Positions 31,103 through 41,575 of a stretch of 64,000 nucleotides of DNA are shown here, piece by piece (the first letter of the stretch is position 1; each line of letters starts with the position of its first letter). The notes below the pieces were generated by a model. It was given only the letters and a program-made list of their open reading frames with translations. It did no database searches and was not told the DNA's origin. This DNA comes from Patescibacteria group bacterium (GTDB lineage: Bacteria; Patescibacteriota; UBA1384; UBA12157; JAENIV01): the NCBI GenBank assembly GCA_049515915.1, contig JBEKTP010000005.1, forward strand, positions 15,307 through 79,306, written 5' to 3'. The translations under genes were made by a program, and so were the position numbers.

Positions 31103-31518
31103 TACTTCCCTTTCTTGGCCCCGTATTTGGAACGGCCTTGTTTGCGATTTTCCACCCCGGCAGTATCAAATTTACCCCGAATAATATGATATCGAACGCC
31201 TGGTAGGTCTTTAACTCGGCCGCCGCGAACAATTACCACTGAGTGTTCCTGTAGATTGTGACCTTCACCAGGAATATAAGCAGTTACTTCTTGCCCGGAA
31301 GTCAAACGGACTCGAGCAATTTTTCTTAACGCCGAATTTGGTTTTTTCGGTGTGACGGTCGTTACTTTAATACATACACCTCGTAAAAACGGACGGCCTT
31401 TTTTAAATTCGACCGGCTTATTTTTTAAAAAATTAAAACCGCGGCGAAGGGCCGGCGTTTTAGTTTTCACCGATTTAGGTGTCCGACCGAATTTTACTAA
31501 TTGTGATATGGTAGGCAT
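31102..31518 (-). CDS. rpsL: 30S ribosomal protein S12
   Basis: [36 protein letters not shown]. Confidence 0.98.
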   Translation of the reverse strand: MPTISQLVKFGRTPKSVKTKTPALRRGFNFLKNKPVEFKKGRPFLRGVCIKVTTVTPKKPNSALRKIARVRLTSGQEVTAYIPGEGHNLQEHSVVIVRGGRVKDLPGVRYHIIRGKFDTAGVENRKQGRSKYGAKKGK

Positions 31519-31557
31519 AATAAATTAAATCTTAAAATAAAAAGGTATACCTGTTTA

Positions 31558-34500
31558 TTACTTTTTAACTAAAGCAGTCCCCGCTGGAATCAGACGACCA
31601 ATAATAACATTTTCTTTAAGCCCTTGCAAGCGGTCGACGGCGCCACGGGTGGCCGCGTCGATTAAGACGCTGGTGGTTTCCTGAAATGAAGCGGCCGAGA
31701 GAAAACTTTCGGTTTTCAAGGCCACGCGGGTAATGCCCAAAACTTCTTCTTCAAAAACGGCTTCCTTTTTGTTCTTGGACTTAACTTCTGCGTTAACTTT
31801 GAATGCTTCGCCAAAGTCAACGATTTGACCAACAATAAACTCCGTATCACCTTGGTCTTTGATTTTCACTTTAGAAAACATCTCGCGAACAATAATTTCG
31901 ACGTGCTTATCGTTAATCGTTTGGCCCTGAGAAGCATAGATTTCCTGAATACCACGAATGATATATTTTTGAGTAGCCAGCTTACCGCGAAGTTTCAAGG
32001 ATCGGTCAAGTTCAAGATGTCCTTCGGTCAGTTCTTGACCTCGAGTCACTTTGTCGCCGTCTTCAACTTTCAAATTAGCTTTAAGACTAACCGGATAAGT
32101 AATCATCTCTTTTTGAGTCGAAATTACAACAACTTTACCTTTTTCAAGAGTGACCTTACCAATAAATCCGGCGCGGATGGCTTTTCGGTCCGTGGAGACC
32201 GCCAAAGCCTGGCGAGCTTTAACAATATCACCGCTCTTGACCGTCGATTTGTAAGTGCTTCCTAATTCGTGCTCTTCTTTTTGAACTTCAAAAGACTCTA
32301 AAACAATATTGCGCTGATCACGCTCTTCATAAATTTTGACTCTTCCGTCCATATCGGCTAAAATTCCCGGATTACGTGGGCTGCGCGCTTCGAAAAGTTC
32401 TTCAACACGAGGCAAACCTGACGTAATATCCTCACCGGTAATTCCACCTAAGTGAAAAGTTTTCATTGTCAGTTGCGTGCCCGGTTCGCCAATCGCTTGA
32501 GCGGCCATAATACCAGTCACCGTCCCAATTTCAACCAGCTTACCGGTGGCTAAATCTCGGCCATAACAAGCTTGACAAACGCCGCGGTCAGCCAAACAAT
32601 CTAAAACTGATCGAACAATAACGCTCGAAACACTACTTTTATCAATTGCCTCCGCTTTTTCCTCGTCAATTTCTTCACCCTTTTTAATAATTCCCTTGAT
32701 GTCAGTTAAAGAAACACGGCCAACCAAACGGCTGGTAAACTTTTCACCCATTTCTTCAGATTCCGCCCGGATAATTTCTAAACCTCGAGTGGTGCCACAA
32801 TCCTTTGTGGTTATAACAACGTCGTGAGCAACATCAACCAAACGGCGGGTTAAATAACCAGCATCAGAAGTTCGAAGTGACGTATCGGATTTTCCTTTAC
32901 GTGCCCCGTGGGTGGAAATAAAGTATTCAATCACCGAAAGACCTTCTTTGTAGTTAGCCCGAATCGGCAACTCAATAATTTCACCGGCCGGATTAACCAC
33001 TAAGCCTTTCATCCCGCCCATCTGCGTTAGCTGAGCAACCGATCCTCGAGCGCCGGAAACAATCATTAAATAAACTGGATTATTTTTATCGAACTGTTCA
33101 AGCATTTCACCTTCGAGCTTTGAACGAATGCCATTCCAAAGTTCAATCGTTTTAACTGAACGTTCCATGTCGGTAATCAAACCTCTTTGATATTGGTTAT
33201 CGATTTCTTCAAGCGACTTATCACCAATTTTTAAAGCTTCATCTTTAGCTTTAGGAATAATAATATCCGAAGCGGAGATAGTCATACCCGAAAGACCGGC
33301 GAAATCAAAGCCAATTTTTTTGATGCGATCAACCAATTCTGCCGTAGGCTGAGTGCCATATTGGTCGAAAACCCGGGCAATAATTTTTTTCAAGGTTTTA
33401 GAATCCATCGGAATATTGAGATATTCAATTTCGTCCGGCATAATATTGTTAAATAAAATTCGACCAACTGAAGTTTCTACTAGTTCTTCGAGTGACCCTT
33501 CTTTTTTCAAGAGGCGAATCCGCACCTGAATTTTGGCACGGAGATGGACAAAACCTTGTTGATAGGCTAAAATCGCCTCATTTTTTGAACCAAAAACTTT
33601 ACCTTCACCCGCCGCGCCATCTTGAAAAGTGGTTAAATAATAGCTCCCGAAAACAATATCCAAGCGAGGTGAAACAACCGGCTCGCCGGAAGCGGGTTTT
33701 AAAACATTGACTGACGATTTCATAATATTAACTGTTTCATCTTTAGCCTGAGCCGACAAAGGGACGTGGACAGCCATTTGGTCACCGTCAAAGTCAGCGT
33801 TGAAAGCATAACAAACCAATGGGTGGATCTGAATGGCTTTACCTTCAATGAGGACCGGCTGAAATCCTTGAATGCCTAAACGGTGCAAAGTCGGCGCGCG
33901 ATTTAAAAGAACGTAATAATTAGAAGTGATTTTTTCCAGGATATCCCAGACAATCGGTTCGCCTCGCTCAATCAATCGCGTGGCGTTCTTGACATTATGG
34001 ACTTCACCTTCTTGGATCAATCTCGAAATCACGAAGGGTTTAAAAAGCTCCAGAGCCATCACTTTGGGCAGACCGCACTGATGAAGTTTCAAATCCGGTC
34101 CGACAACAATAACGGATCGGCCCGAGTAGTCAACACGTTTTCCTAAAAGATTTTGGCGGAAACGGCCTTGTTTACCACGAAGCATGTCTGAAAGGGAACG
34201 TAATTTTCTGGCGGTGGCCCCGGTTGAAACAGCCCGGCCGCGGCGAGCGGAGTTATCAATCAAAGAATCAACGGCTTCTTGAAGCATCCGTTTTTCGTTG
34301 CGGCAAATAACTTCCGGCGCCCCTTGAGAAATTAATCGCTTTAAACGATTATTCCGGTTTATCACTCGGCGATAAAGATCATTTAAGTCTGAAGCAGCAA
34401 AGCGACCACCATCAAGTTGAACCATCGGTCGAAGGTCCGGTGGCAAAACTGGCAAACGGGTCATCACCAGCCATTCCGGTTTAATGCCGGCGTTATTCAT

Positions 34501-35322
34501 ATCAGTAATAAACTTGAGCTGGCGCATAATCTTGCGGCGATTGGCTCCATCGGCTTTTCTTAATTCTTGATTTAACTCTTCGTGGAGTCTACCAAGATCG
34601 GTTTGCTTTAAAATTTCATAAATGGCTTCAGCCCCAATGCCCACTTTAACAATCTGGCCGTAACGAAGCGAAAGATCCTGATATTTACTTTCTGAAAGAA
34701 TCATTTTCGGTGCCAGTGAAAGAATTTCTTGCTTAGTCGCACGATAGAGCAACTCGACTTTGGCCATTTCCATATTATTTTCAGAATATTTAGCTTTCAA
34801 ATCCGAATATTCTTTTTCAAGTTGTTCCAACGCCGTTTTGCGGACCCCCTCGTCAACTTCCAAAACAATGAAGCCGGCAAAATAAATAACCTGTTCAAGT
34901 TCGGTCGTTGATAAATTCAAAATCAGTCCTAGAATTGAAGGAATACCATGAACATACCAAATGTGAGTGACCGGCACGGCTAAATCAATATGCCCCATTC
35001 TTTCACGACGAACTGACGAGCGAGTCACTTCCACGCCACACTTATCACAAATAACACCTTTATAACGGATTTTTTTGTATTTACCGCAATAACACTCATA
35101 ATCTTTGGTCGGGCCAAAAATTCGTTCATCAAAAAGACCCTCGCGCTCCGGTTTCTGCGTTCGATAGTTAATAGTTTCCGGCTTGGTTACTTCGCCGTAA
35201 GACCAATCCAAAATCTCCTCAGGTGCGGCCACCGAAATACGCAGAGCGTCAAAATCAATGATTCTGGGAGTTTCTTTGGCAATTTTCGGAGTGACTTTTT
35301 TGAATTGATTTAATTTGGGCAT
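31558..35322 (-). CDS. rpoC: RNA polymerase beta' subunit
   Basis: KPETINYRT, Zn-finger CYCGKYK...CDKC, NADFDGD, GEPGTQLT, SAASFQET; start placed at MPKLNQ. Confidence 0.99.
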   Translation of the reverse strand: MPKLNQFKKVTPKIAKETPRIIDFDALRISVAAPEEILDWSYGEVTKPETINYRTQKPEREGLFDERIFGPTKDYECYCGKYKKIRYKGVICDKCGVEVTRSSVRRERMGHIDLAVPVTHIWYVHGIPSILGLILNLSTTELEQVIYFAGFIVLEVDEGVRKTALEQLEKEYSDLKAKYSENNMEMAKVELLYRATKQEILSLAPKMILSESKYQDLSLRYGQIVKVGIGAEAIYEILKQTDLGRLHEELNQELRKADGANRRKIMRQLKFITDMNNAGIKPEWLVMTRLPVLPPDLRPMVQLDGGRFAASDLNDLYRRVINRNNRLKRLISQGAPEVICRNEKRMLQEAVDSLIDNSARRGRAVSTGATARKLRSLSDMLRGKQGRFRQNLLGKRVDYSGRSVIVVGPDLKLHQCGLPKVMALELFKPFVISRLIQEGEVHNVKNATRLIERGEPIVWDILEKITSNYYVLLNRAPTLHRLGIQGFQPVLIEGKAIQIHPLVCYAFNADFDGDQMAVHVPLSAQAKDETVNIMKSSVNVLKPASGEPVVSPRLDIVFGSYYLTTFQDGAAGEGKVFGSKNEAILAYQQGFVHLRAKIQVRIRLLKKEGSLEELVETSVGRILFNNIMPDEIEYLNIPMDSKTLKKIIARVFDQYGTQPTAELVDRIKKIGFDFAGLSGMTISASDIIIPKAKDEALKIGDKSLEEIDNQYQRGLITDMERSVKTIELWNGIRSKLEGEMLEQFDKNNPVYLMIVSGARGSVAQLTQMGGMKGLVVNPAGEIIELPIRANYKEGLSVIEYFISTHGARKGKSDTSLRTSDAGYLTRRLVDVAHDVVITTKDCGTTRGLEIIRAESEEMGEKFTSRLVGRVSLTDIKGIIKKGEEIDEEKAEAIDKSSVSSVIVRSVLDCLADRGVCQACYGRDLATGKLVEIGTVTGIMAAQAIGEPGTQLTMKTFHLGGITGEDITSGLPRVEELFEARSPRNPGILADMDGRVKIYEERDQRNIVLESFEVQKEEHELGSTYKSTVKSGDIVKARQALAVSTDRKAIRAGFIGKVTLEKGKVVVISTQKEMITYPVSLKANLKVEDGDKVTRGQELTEGHLELDRSLKLRGKLATQKYIIRGIQEIYASQGQTINDKHVEIIVREMFSKVKIKDQGDTEFIVGQIVDFGEAFKVNAEVKSKNKKEAVFEEEVLGITRVALKTESFLSAASFQETTSVLIDAATRGAVDRLQGLKENVIIGRLIPAGTALVKK

Positions 35323-35380
35323 TATTTTCCTCTTATATATGAATTTTTCAATTTTCAAGTGAGATTTAAAAACTTAATGT

Positions 35381-38300
35381 TTACTCTTCATCCTTGTCCA
35401 CCGACTCCGAAACCATTTCCGGCTCAGGTACATTTAACTCGGTCACTTCGGCGTCAGTCTCTGAGTCAGAAGCCGTTTCATCAAGAGCATCAGCAGGCTT
35501 TTCCTCATCGACCGCTTTCATGGAAATTTTAGGTCTCTCGCGCGAAAGTTCTGATGAGGTCAGCATCTCAATATTTAAACCGAGTGATTGCAATTCTTTG
35601 ACTAAAACGTAAAATGAAGCAGGGATTTGAGGTTTCTGAATTTGTTCTCCTTTAATAATTGCCTCATAAGCTTTCGAGCGGCCGATGACGTCATCTGACT
35701 TAATCGTCAGCATTTCCTGCAAAGAATGCGCCGCGCCGTAAGCTTCCAGTGCCCAAACTTCCATTTCGCCAAATCGCTGACCGCCGAATTGAGCCTTTCC
35801 GCCGAGCGGCTGCTGCGTTACCATTGAATAAGGACCGGTCGAACGAGCGTGCATTTTATCATCCACTAAGTGACAAAGTTTCATCATATAAATAACCCCG
35901 ACAGTGGTTTTTTGATCAAACGGATCGCCGGTGCGGCCGTCGTAAAGTTGGACTTTGCCGTCTTCCGGCAAACCGGCTTTCTTTAATTCTTGTTGAATTT
36001 GCGTAAAGGCAACGCCCTCAAAAACCGGGGTCGCAACGTGATAGCCAAGCTTAGAGGCGGCCCAGCCAAGATGGGTTTCTAAAATCTGGCCCAAGTTCAT
36101 ACGCGAAACAACGCCGAGCGGATTTAAAACGATGTCAACCGGCGTGCCGTCGGAAAGAAACGGCATTTCCGCTTCGGGTAAAACAGTTGAAATAACACCT
36201 TTATTGCCATGTCGCCCGGCGAGCTTATCACCAACTTGAACTTTTCTTAGTTGAGCCACCGAAATTTCCACCATTTGATAAACTCCGGCCGGTAGTTCAT
36301 CACCAGCATCTTTGGAAAAAATCTTAATGCCCACCACCCGGCCATATTCACCATGAGGCAAACGCAAAGAAGTGTCTTTAACATCTTTGGCTTTTTCGCC
36401 AAAGATAGCTCGAAGAAGTTTTTCTTCGGCCGAAAGTTCGGTCTCACCTTTAGGCGAAATTTTACCGACTAAAATATCACCGGCATTCGTTTCGGCCCCA
36501 ATTCTAACAATGCCTTGCTCATCCAAATTAGCCAAAGCTTCTTCGCCAACATTCGGAATATCACGCGTGAGAAGTTCGGGACCGAGTTTGGTGTCACGAA
36601 CTTCGATCGCATATTTTTCAATGTGAATCGAACTATAGATATCGTCGCGAACTAACCGCTCAGAGATGATAATAGCGTCTTCATAGTTCGCACCTTTAAA
36701 TGACATAAACGCCACTAAAACGTTCTTACCCAAAGCAATTTCACCATTGTCAGTGGCAGAGGAGTCCGCTAAAATATCACCTCTTTTAACTTTATTACCA
36801 GCAAAAACCACCGGCGTTTGGTTAAGACAGGTGCCTTGATTTGAACGTTGGAATTTTTTCAGGGCGAATCGGTTTTTTTTACCATCTTTAGTGGTCATTA
36901 AAATTTCCGAGGCGGTGGCTTCGTTAATAGTGCCATCAGTTTCGGCAAAAAGACACTGACCCGAATCGCGGGCCGCGTCACGTTCCATATTGGTGCCTAC
37001 AATGGGCGCTTCGGGTCTAAGAAGTGGTACGGCTTGACGTTCCATATTCGAACCCATCGAAGCACGCGTCGCATCATCATGTTCAACAAATGGAATCAAC
37101 GCTGTCGAAATAGAAACCGTTTGTTTTGGCGAGACATCCATATATTGAATTTTTAGAACGCGTTCAATCGTCGGTTCGCCAAACTTTCGGACAACCGTTC
37201 GTGATTCCGTAAAGTATCCTTTTTCATCGGTTTGAGCCGAGGCCGGCGCAATAATTGCTTTTTCCTCGGCGTCCGCGTCAAGATAAACAATTCTATCTGT
37301 CACACGCGGTTTTTTACCTTTGACTTGCGTAACAATTAAATAGGGTGTTTCGATAAAGCCGAACTCGTTGATTTTGGCGTAGCTAGCCATATAACCAACT
37401 AAACCAATGTTCGGACCTTCCGGCGTTTCGATCGGGCAAACCCGTCCGTAGTGAGATGAGTGAACGTCACGAACTTCAAAACCTGCACGCTCACGCGATA
37501 GTCCGCCCGGGCCAGTCGCCGAAAGACATCTTTTGTGTTCTAGCTCTGAAAGCGGATTGGTCTGGTTCATAAACTGAGATAGTTGCGACGAGGCAAAAAA
37601 TTCCTGTAAAACAGCCGCGATCGGACGAGCATTAATAAGCTGATTGGCCGTAACAGTATCGGGATCCAAAACGGACATACGATCTTTGATAATACGTTCC
37701 ATTCGAAGTAGACCGACGCGAACTTTGCTTTGAACTAATTCGCCCACCGCACGAACACGACGATTTTTAAGATGATCAATATCATCGGCTTCGGCCATGG
37801 GATTATTATTTAAACGGATGATTTCTTTAATTGTTTCAACAACATCTTCAATGCGCAAAACACGATTTTTAAGGTCGTTTGAAACTTCTATCCCTAGACG
37901 GCGGTTGATTTTATAGCGACCGACTTTGCCTAAATCGTATCTTTTTGGATTAAAAAACATCGCTTCCAAGAAAGTCTTAGCTGTATCAGCGGTCGCCAAA
38001 TCACCAGGGCGAATACGTTTATAAACCTCCACCAACGAATCTTCATAGGTTTTAGTGCTGTCGCGAGCTAAAGTAGCTTTAATATAATTATGGTCTTTAT
38101 CATCGTTGGTATCGGAAAAAACTTTTTCAAATTCGTCGGTTGTAAGCCCTAAGGCACGCAGGAAAGTCGAAACCAAAATTTTTCGCTTGCGGTCGACTTT
38201 AACAGAAATGACATCACGGGGAGATGTCTCAAATTCGAGCCACGCGCCACGGGACGGAATAATTTTGGCTCCAAATAACTTACGCCCGCCAATTTCTTCT

Positions 38301-38716
38301 TTAACAAATAAAACACCAAATGAACGGACGATTTGAGAAACAACAACCCTTTCAATACCATTAATAATAAAAGTGCCACGGTCGGTCATTAAAGGAAAAT
38401 CGCCCAGAAAAACTTCAGACTCTTTAGATTTTCCAGTTAATAAATTAGTCAATCTAACTTGACACTTCAAAGGCGCTTGAAAAGTGAGATTTTTATCGCG
38501 GGTGGTATCTTCATCGTAACGAGGCTGGTCAAGCGATACGCCGATAAATTCGAGTTTGAGAACTTTGCCGGTGAAGTCATCAACGGGATTAATTTCGTCT
38601 AAGAGCTCCTGAAATCCTTCACGGAAGAACCAATCATAGGATTTAGTCTGGACCTCAATTAAATCAGGTAAAGGAATGGAAATTGTTTTTTTTGGGTTAA
38701 ATTGTGTTCTTGGCAC
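35381..38716 (-). CDS. rpoB: RNA polymerase beta subunit
   Basis: [42 protein letters not shown]; GTG start at 38716 behind an AGGAG SD. Confidence 0.99.
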   Translation of the reverse strand: MPRTQFNPKKTISIPLPDLIEVQTKSYDWFFREGFQELLDEINPVDDFTGKVLKLEFIGVSLDQPRYDEDTTRDKNLTFQAPLKCQVRLTNLLTGKSKESEVFLGDFPLMTDRGTFIINGIERVVVSQIVRSFGVLFVKEEIGGRKLFGAKIIPSRGAWLEFETSPRDVISVKVDRKRKILVSTFLRALGLTTDEFEKVFSDTNDDKDHNYIKATLARDSTKTYEDSLVEVYKRIRPGDLATADTAKTFLEAMFFNPKRYDLGKVGRYKINRRLGIEVSNDLKNRVLRIEDVVETIKEIIRLNNNPMAEADDIDHLKNRRVRAVGELVQSKVRVGLLRMERIIKDRMSVLDPDTVTANQLINARPIAAVLQEFFASSQLSQFMNQTNPLSELEHKRCLSATGPGGLSRERAGFEVRDVHSSHYGRVCPIETPEGPNIGLVGYMASYAKINEFGFIETPYLIVTQVKGKKPRVTDRIVYLDADAEEKAIIAPASAQTDEKGYFTESRTVVRKFGEPTIERVLKIQYMDVSPKQTVSISTALIPFVEHDDATRASMGSNMERQAVPLLRPEAPIVGTNMERDAARDSGQCLFAETDGTINEATASEILMTTKDGKKNRFALKKFQRSNQGTCLNQTPVVFAGNKVKRGDILADSSATDNGEIALGKNVLVAFMSFKGANYEDAIIISERLVRDDIYSSIHIEKYAIEVRDTKLGPELLTRDIPNVGEEALANLDEQGIVRIGAETNAGDILVGKISPKGETELSAEEKLLRAIFGEKAKDVKDTSLRLPHGEYGRVVGIKIFSKDAGDELPAGVYQMVEISVAQLRKVQVGDKLAGRHGNKGVISTVLPEAEMPFLSDGTPVDIVLNPLGVVSRMNLGQILETHLGWAASKLGYHVATPVFEGVAFTQIQQELKKAGLPEDGKVQLYDGRTGDPFDQKTTVGVIYMMKLCHLVDDKMHARSTGPYSMVTQQPLGGKAQFGGQRFGEMEVWALEAYGAAHSLQEMLTIKSDDVIGRSKAYEAIIKGEQIQKPQIPASFYVLVKELQSLGLNIEMLTSSELSRERPKISMKAVDEEKPADALDETASDSETDAEVTELNVPEPEMVSESVDKDEE

Positions 38717-38847
38717 GCAAAAACTCCTAAAAAACAGCACAGCAAGCTCTGCTGCTTGAGCGCAGATGGATTTTATTAATTAATCCCGTCCACCCTTATT
38801 CTTCCTTTTTTCACTCCCACTGGAGGAAAAAGTTAATTTCTATAATT

Positions 38848-38876
38848 AGTATAACGAACGATCATTTTTTTGTCAA
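38848..38876 (-). promoter_or_regulatory. rpoBC promoter
   Basis: TTGACA-N17-TATACT, near consensus. Confidence 0.75.
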
Positions 38877-38907
38877 GCCCTAGCGGCGACTTCGCATAAA
38901 ACAACAA

Positions 38908-38929
38908 GGCGGGAGATAGCTCTCCCGCC
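38908..38929 (-). terminator. GC hairpin terminator after the 38967 ORF
   Basis: GGCGGGAGA-loop4-TCTCCCGCC followed by TTGTTGTTTT on the minus strand. Confidence 0.6.
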
Positions 38930-38966
38930 CGTGATACCTCGACACCCGGCTTTCTGATCGATCTGA

Positions 38967-39356
38967 CTAATCCCAGGGGACCCCCATCACCCGAACCGCT
39001 GGTGCAAAAACAAGTATTATCACTGCGACGATAGCCCATGGTACAATACTTGTTCCGCTGTGTACCAGCCATCCGGCACCGAGAATGGCAATGCTGGAGA
39101 CGCAACCGCCAACTAAGGCGATGAGTGGCTTCGGCCGGTCCATGTTCTTTAGCCAGTCATTCCAGAAGCACGTGAGGATGCAAAAGCAGTACATGGCGAC
39201 GATGGACACGATAGCGAAAATCACAAGCGCGATCAGTACTCGCCAGACTGTCGCAACAGGCATCCATACGCTGATCTGCCATGCGACAAACAAAGGAAAA
39301 AGCAAGTTCACCGCGAGCATCTCCGGCAAAGTCTGGTCTTCCAAATACTGATCCAT
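38967..39356 (-). CDS. Hypothetical 4-TM membrane protein, GC-richer singleton
   Basis: Hydrophobic helices; AGGAGG-N8-ATG; promoter TTGACT-N17-TAAAAT at 39391-39419. Confidence 0.7.
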   Translation of the reverse strand: MDQYLEDQTLPEMLAVNLLFPLFVAWQISVWMPVATVWRVLIALVIFAIVSIVAMYCFCILTCFWNDWLKNMDRPKPLIALVGGCVSSIAILGAGWLVHSGTSIVPWAIVAVIILVFAPAVRVMGVPWD

Positions 39357-39432
39357 CTCGTGCACCTCCTAGTGCATGTGATCTGAAAACATTTTAGATC
39401 GTCGGAGATGAAAAGTCAAGAAAATTCTCAAC

Positions 39433-40422
39433 TTATTTGGCGAGTTCTTTGAGAAGTTCTTTGATGCCTGCCCCGGAGACGGCCGAGATAATCTGCACCG
39501 GCTTAGCAAGTTTTTTCGATAATTTACGCGCGATTTTTTGAGCGTCTTTTTGCGGTATCGTATCAGCTTTATTTAATACGATAATTTCTTTTTTCACCGA
39601 TAGATTTTCGCTCCAAGCTTTGAGTTCTTCGCGAATGACACGGTAATCTTTTTCGATATTGATGCTATTTATATCGATAAGATGAATCAGAATCTTCGTT
39701 CGTTCAATGTGTTTTAAAAACTTCACGCCCAAACCTTTGCCTTGGGAAGCCCCTTCGATCAGGCCGGGGATATCAGCCACCACAAACTCTTTGTCATGAT
39801 AGCGCGCCACGCCCAAGTTCGGTTCCAAAGTGGTGAAAGGATAGTCAGCGATTTTGGGCCGCGCGTTTGAAATAACCGAAAGTAAAGTTGATTTTCCAGC
39901 GTTGGGCAAACCGATCAAGCCGACATCGGCAATAAGTTTAAGTTCCAAATACATTTCCTTTTCTTCGCCAGCAAGACCGCGCTTAGCAATGTAAGGCGTT
40001 TGATGAACGGCGGTGGCAAAATGCGTATTACCCCAACCCCCGCGGCCTCCCTTGGCGACCAATAATCTATCCCCCTCCTTTATGAAATCGTAAATAATTC
40101 CATCATTTTGAGATTTAAGATTTAAATTTTGAATTTTTACTATTGTTCCCGGTGGCACTGGTAATTCTAAATCCTCGGCGTTTTTGCCGGTTTGTTTTTT
40201 GGGACGGCCAGTTTCGCCATTTTCCGCCTGCCACTGCTTTTTCCGAGCATAATCAGTCAGAGTGTGCGTATTTCCTGAACAAATTAAATAAATATCGCCG
40301 CCTTTACCACCATCGCCGCCGTCCGGTCCGCCTTTGGGCACATATTTTTCATGTCGAAAAGAGATGGCGCCATCACCACCTTTACCCGCCACAATATGAA
40401 TTTTCGCTTCATCGGTAATCAT
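39433..40422 (-). CDS. obgE: GTPase Obg/CgtA (no C-terminal domain)
   Basis: GGPDGGDGG.GG, GLPNAGKSTL, YPFTT, DIPGLIEGA, NKAD. Confidence 0.97.
   Translation of the reverse strand: MITDEAKIHIVAGKGGDGAISFRHEKYVPKGGPDGGDGGKGGDIYLICSGNTHTLTDYARKKQWQAENGETGRPKKQTGKNAEDLELPVPPGTIVKIQNLNLKSQNDGIIYDFIKEGDRLLVAKGGRGGWGNTHFATAVHQTPYIAKRGLAGEEKEMYLELKLIADVGLIGLPNAGKSTLLSVISNARPKIADYPFTTLEPNLGVARYHDKEFVVADIPGLIEGASQGKGLGVKFLKHIERTKILIHLIDINSINIEKDYRVIREELKAWSENLSVKKEIIVLNKADTIPQKDAQKIARKLSKKLAKPVQIISAVSGAGIKELLKELAK
40104..40138. repeat. 5x heptamer micro-array inside obgE (in-frame)
   Basis: cattttg agattta agattta aattttg aattttt; encodes KIQNLNLKSQN. Confidence 0.65.
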
Positions 40423-40500
40423 CGGCCCATTCTATCATAAAATTTTTTTTAATTCAATATACCCTTCCTGTATTTTAATTTTAAATTTTAGCTTTAAGTT

Positions 40501-41511
40501 TTAATAAATATATCCCATCACGTCGCCTTCGTGGGCGGAGATCACTCGACGGTCAACGATCCCCCAGCCGGCATAATTCATTTCGGAGATGGTGACCGAA
40601 TTGCCGCTGACGGATTCAACATAGGCAACATGACCCATCCACGATTCATTGAGAACAACAATAGCACCCGCGGCCGGTTCGCTACCAGTCGGATAACCGG
40701 CGCCGCGCGCCGAGGAAAGCCAATTTCGAGCATTACCCCAGCCGCTCGGCACGTAACGACGAGTGGCCACATAATAAGTGCACCAACCGTATGGATAAGC
40801 ATTATTTTTTGATCCAGCTGGACGTTTAACCGCACTGACCCCAGCTACCAGCCTGGTTTGCAATTTTGCCAGTGTTTGAGGATCAAGATCTTGCGGCGGA
40901 AGCTTGAGCTGTTGACCCGGCCGAATATTATCGGATGAAAGACTATTAAGCGCTTTAATAGAAGCAATCTTTAAGCCGTAGCTCCAGCCGATGCTCGAAA
41001 GAGTATCGCCGTTTTGAACGGTATAGGTAATTGTAGAAGTCCTTGTGACGTTATTAATCGTTGGAGACACGGCTGGGGCGGCGGGAGCCGTAATTTGAGT
41101 TTCCGTTGTCAACGGTTTATCAAGATAATCAGTGCTACCAACAGCTAAAGCTATAGTGACCGGATCCACCTCCACCATCGGAGTATAATTAGAAATGCCA
41201 GAAGCCACACTAGCTACATCGGCCGGGGAAACGTCCATTACGTCAGCCGCCGGTGAATAACCAGCATAATTGGCCATTGTTTTACTGTAATCGGCAAAAA
41301 AACTAAAAGCTGCCAACAAAATGATGGCTGAGTACGGCGCAATATTTTTTTTGCTAAAATCAATAGCCCTTTCGGGAATACGGTTACGAAGGCGTTTTTT
41401 AAAAAGTTGATAGTACCAAAAATATCCCTTAATTACCTTTTTAATCTTGTTAATCCTGCTGATTTTTTCTTCAAGTTCTACAGCTTTGTTTTCGTCTGTC
41501 GGCTCTAAAAT
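40501..41511 (-). CDS. Membrane-anchored LysM + CHAP peptidoglycan hydrolase; probable ATT start
   Basis: LysM YTVQNGDTL..I...YG; CHAP YGWCTYY..WGNA..W..GHVAYVE..SEMNY. The frame is open for 64 codons upstream of the listed TTG (41319), back to an ATT preceded by AAGGAGG. Confidence 0.85.
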   Translation of the reverse strand: MLEPTDENKAVELEEKISRINKIKKVIKGYFWYYQLFKKRLRNRIPERAIDFSKKNIAPYSAIILLAAFSFFADYSKTMANYAGYSPAADVMDVSPADVASVASGISNYTPMVEVDPVTIALAVGSTDYLDKPLTTETQITAPAAPAVSPTINNVTRTSTITYTVQNGDTLSSIGWSYGLKIASIKALNSLSSDNIRPGQQLKLPPQDLDPQTLAKLQTRLVAGVSAVKRPAGSKNNAYPYGWCTYYVATRRYVPSGWGNARNWLSSARGAGYPTGSEPAAGAIVVLNESWMGHVAYVESVSGNSVTISEMNYAGWGIVDRRVISAHEGDVMGYIY

Positions 41512-41542
41512 TGGCGCCTCCTTAAAAAGATTGACAAGTTCA

Positions 41543-41571
41543 AATTTAACTAATCGCCAACTTTATGTCAA
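41543..41571 (-). promoter_or_regulatory. Promoter of the LysM/CHAP gene
   Basis: TTGACA-N17-TAAATT immediately after the infB stop. Confidence 0.6.
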
Positions 41572-41575
41572 ATCG

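Noticed and set aside
40471-40503. Further A/T-rich quasi-periodic tracts (also near 35341 and 27921)
   Set aside because: The period is irregular (6-7) or there are too few units to distinguish from AT-rich background.
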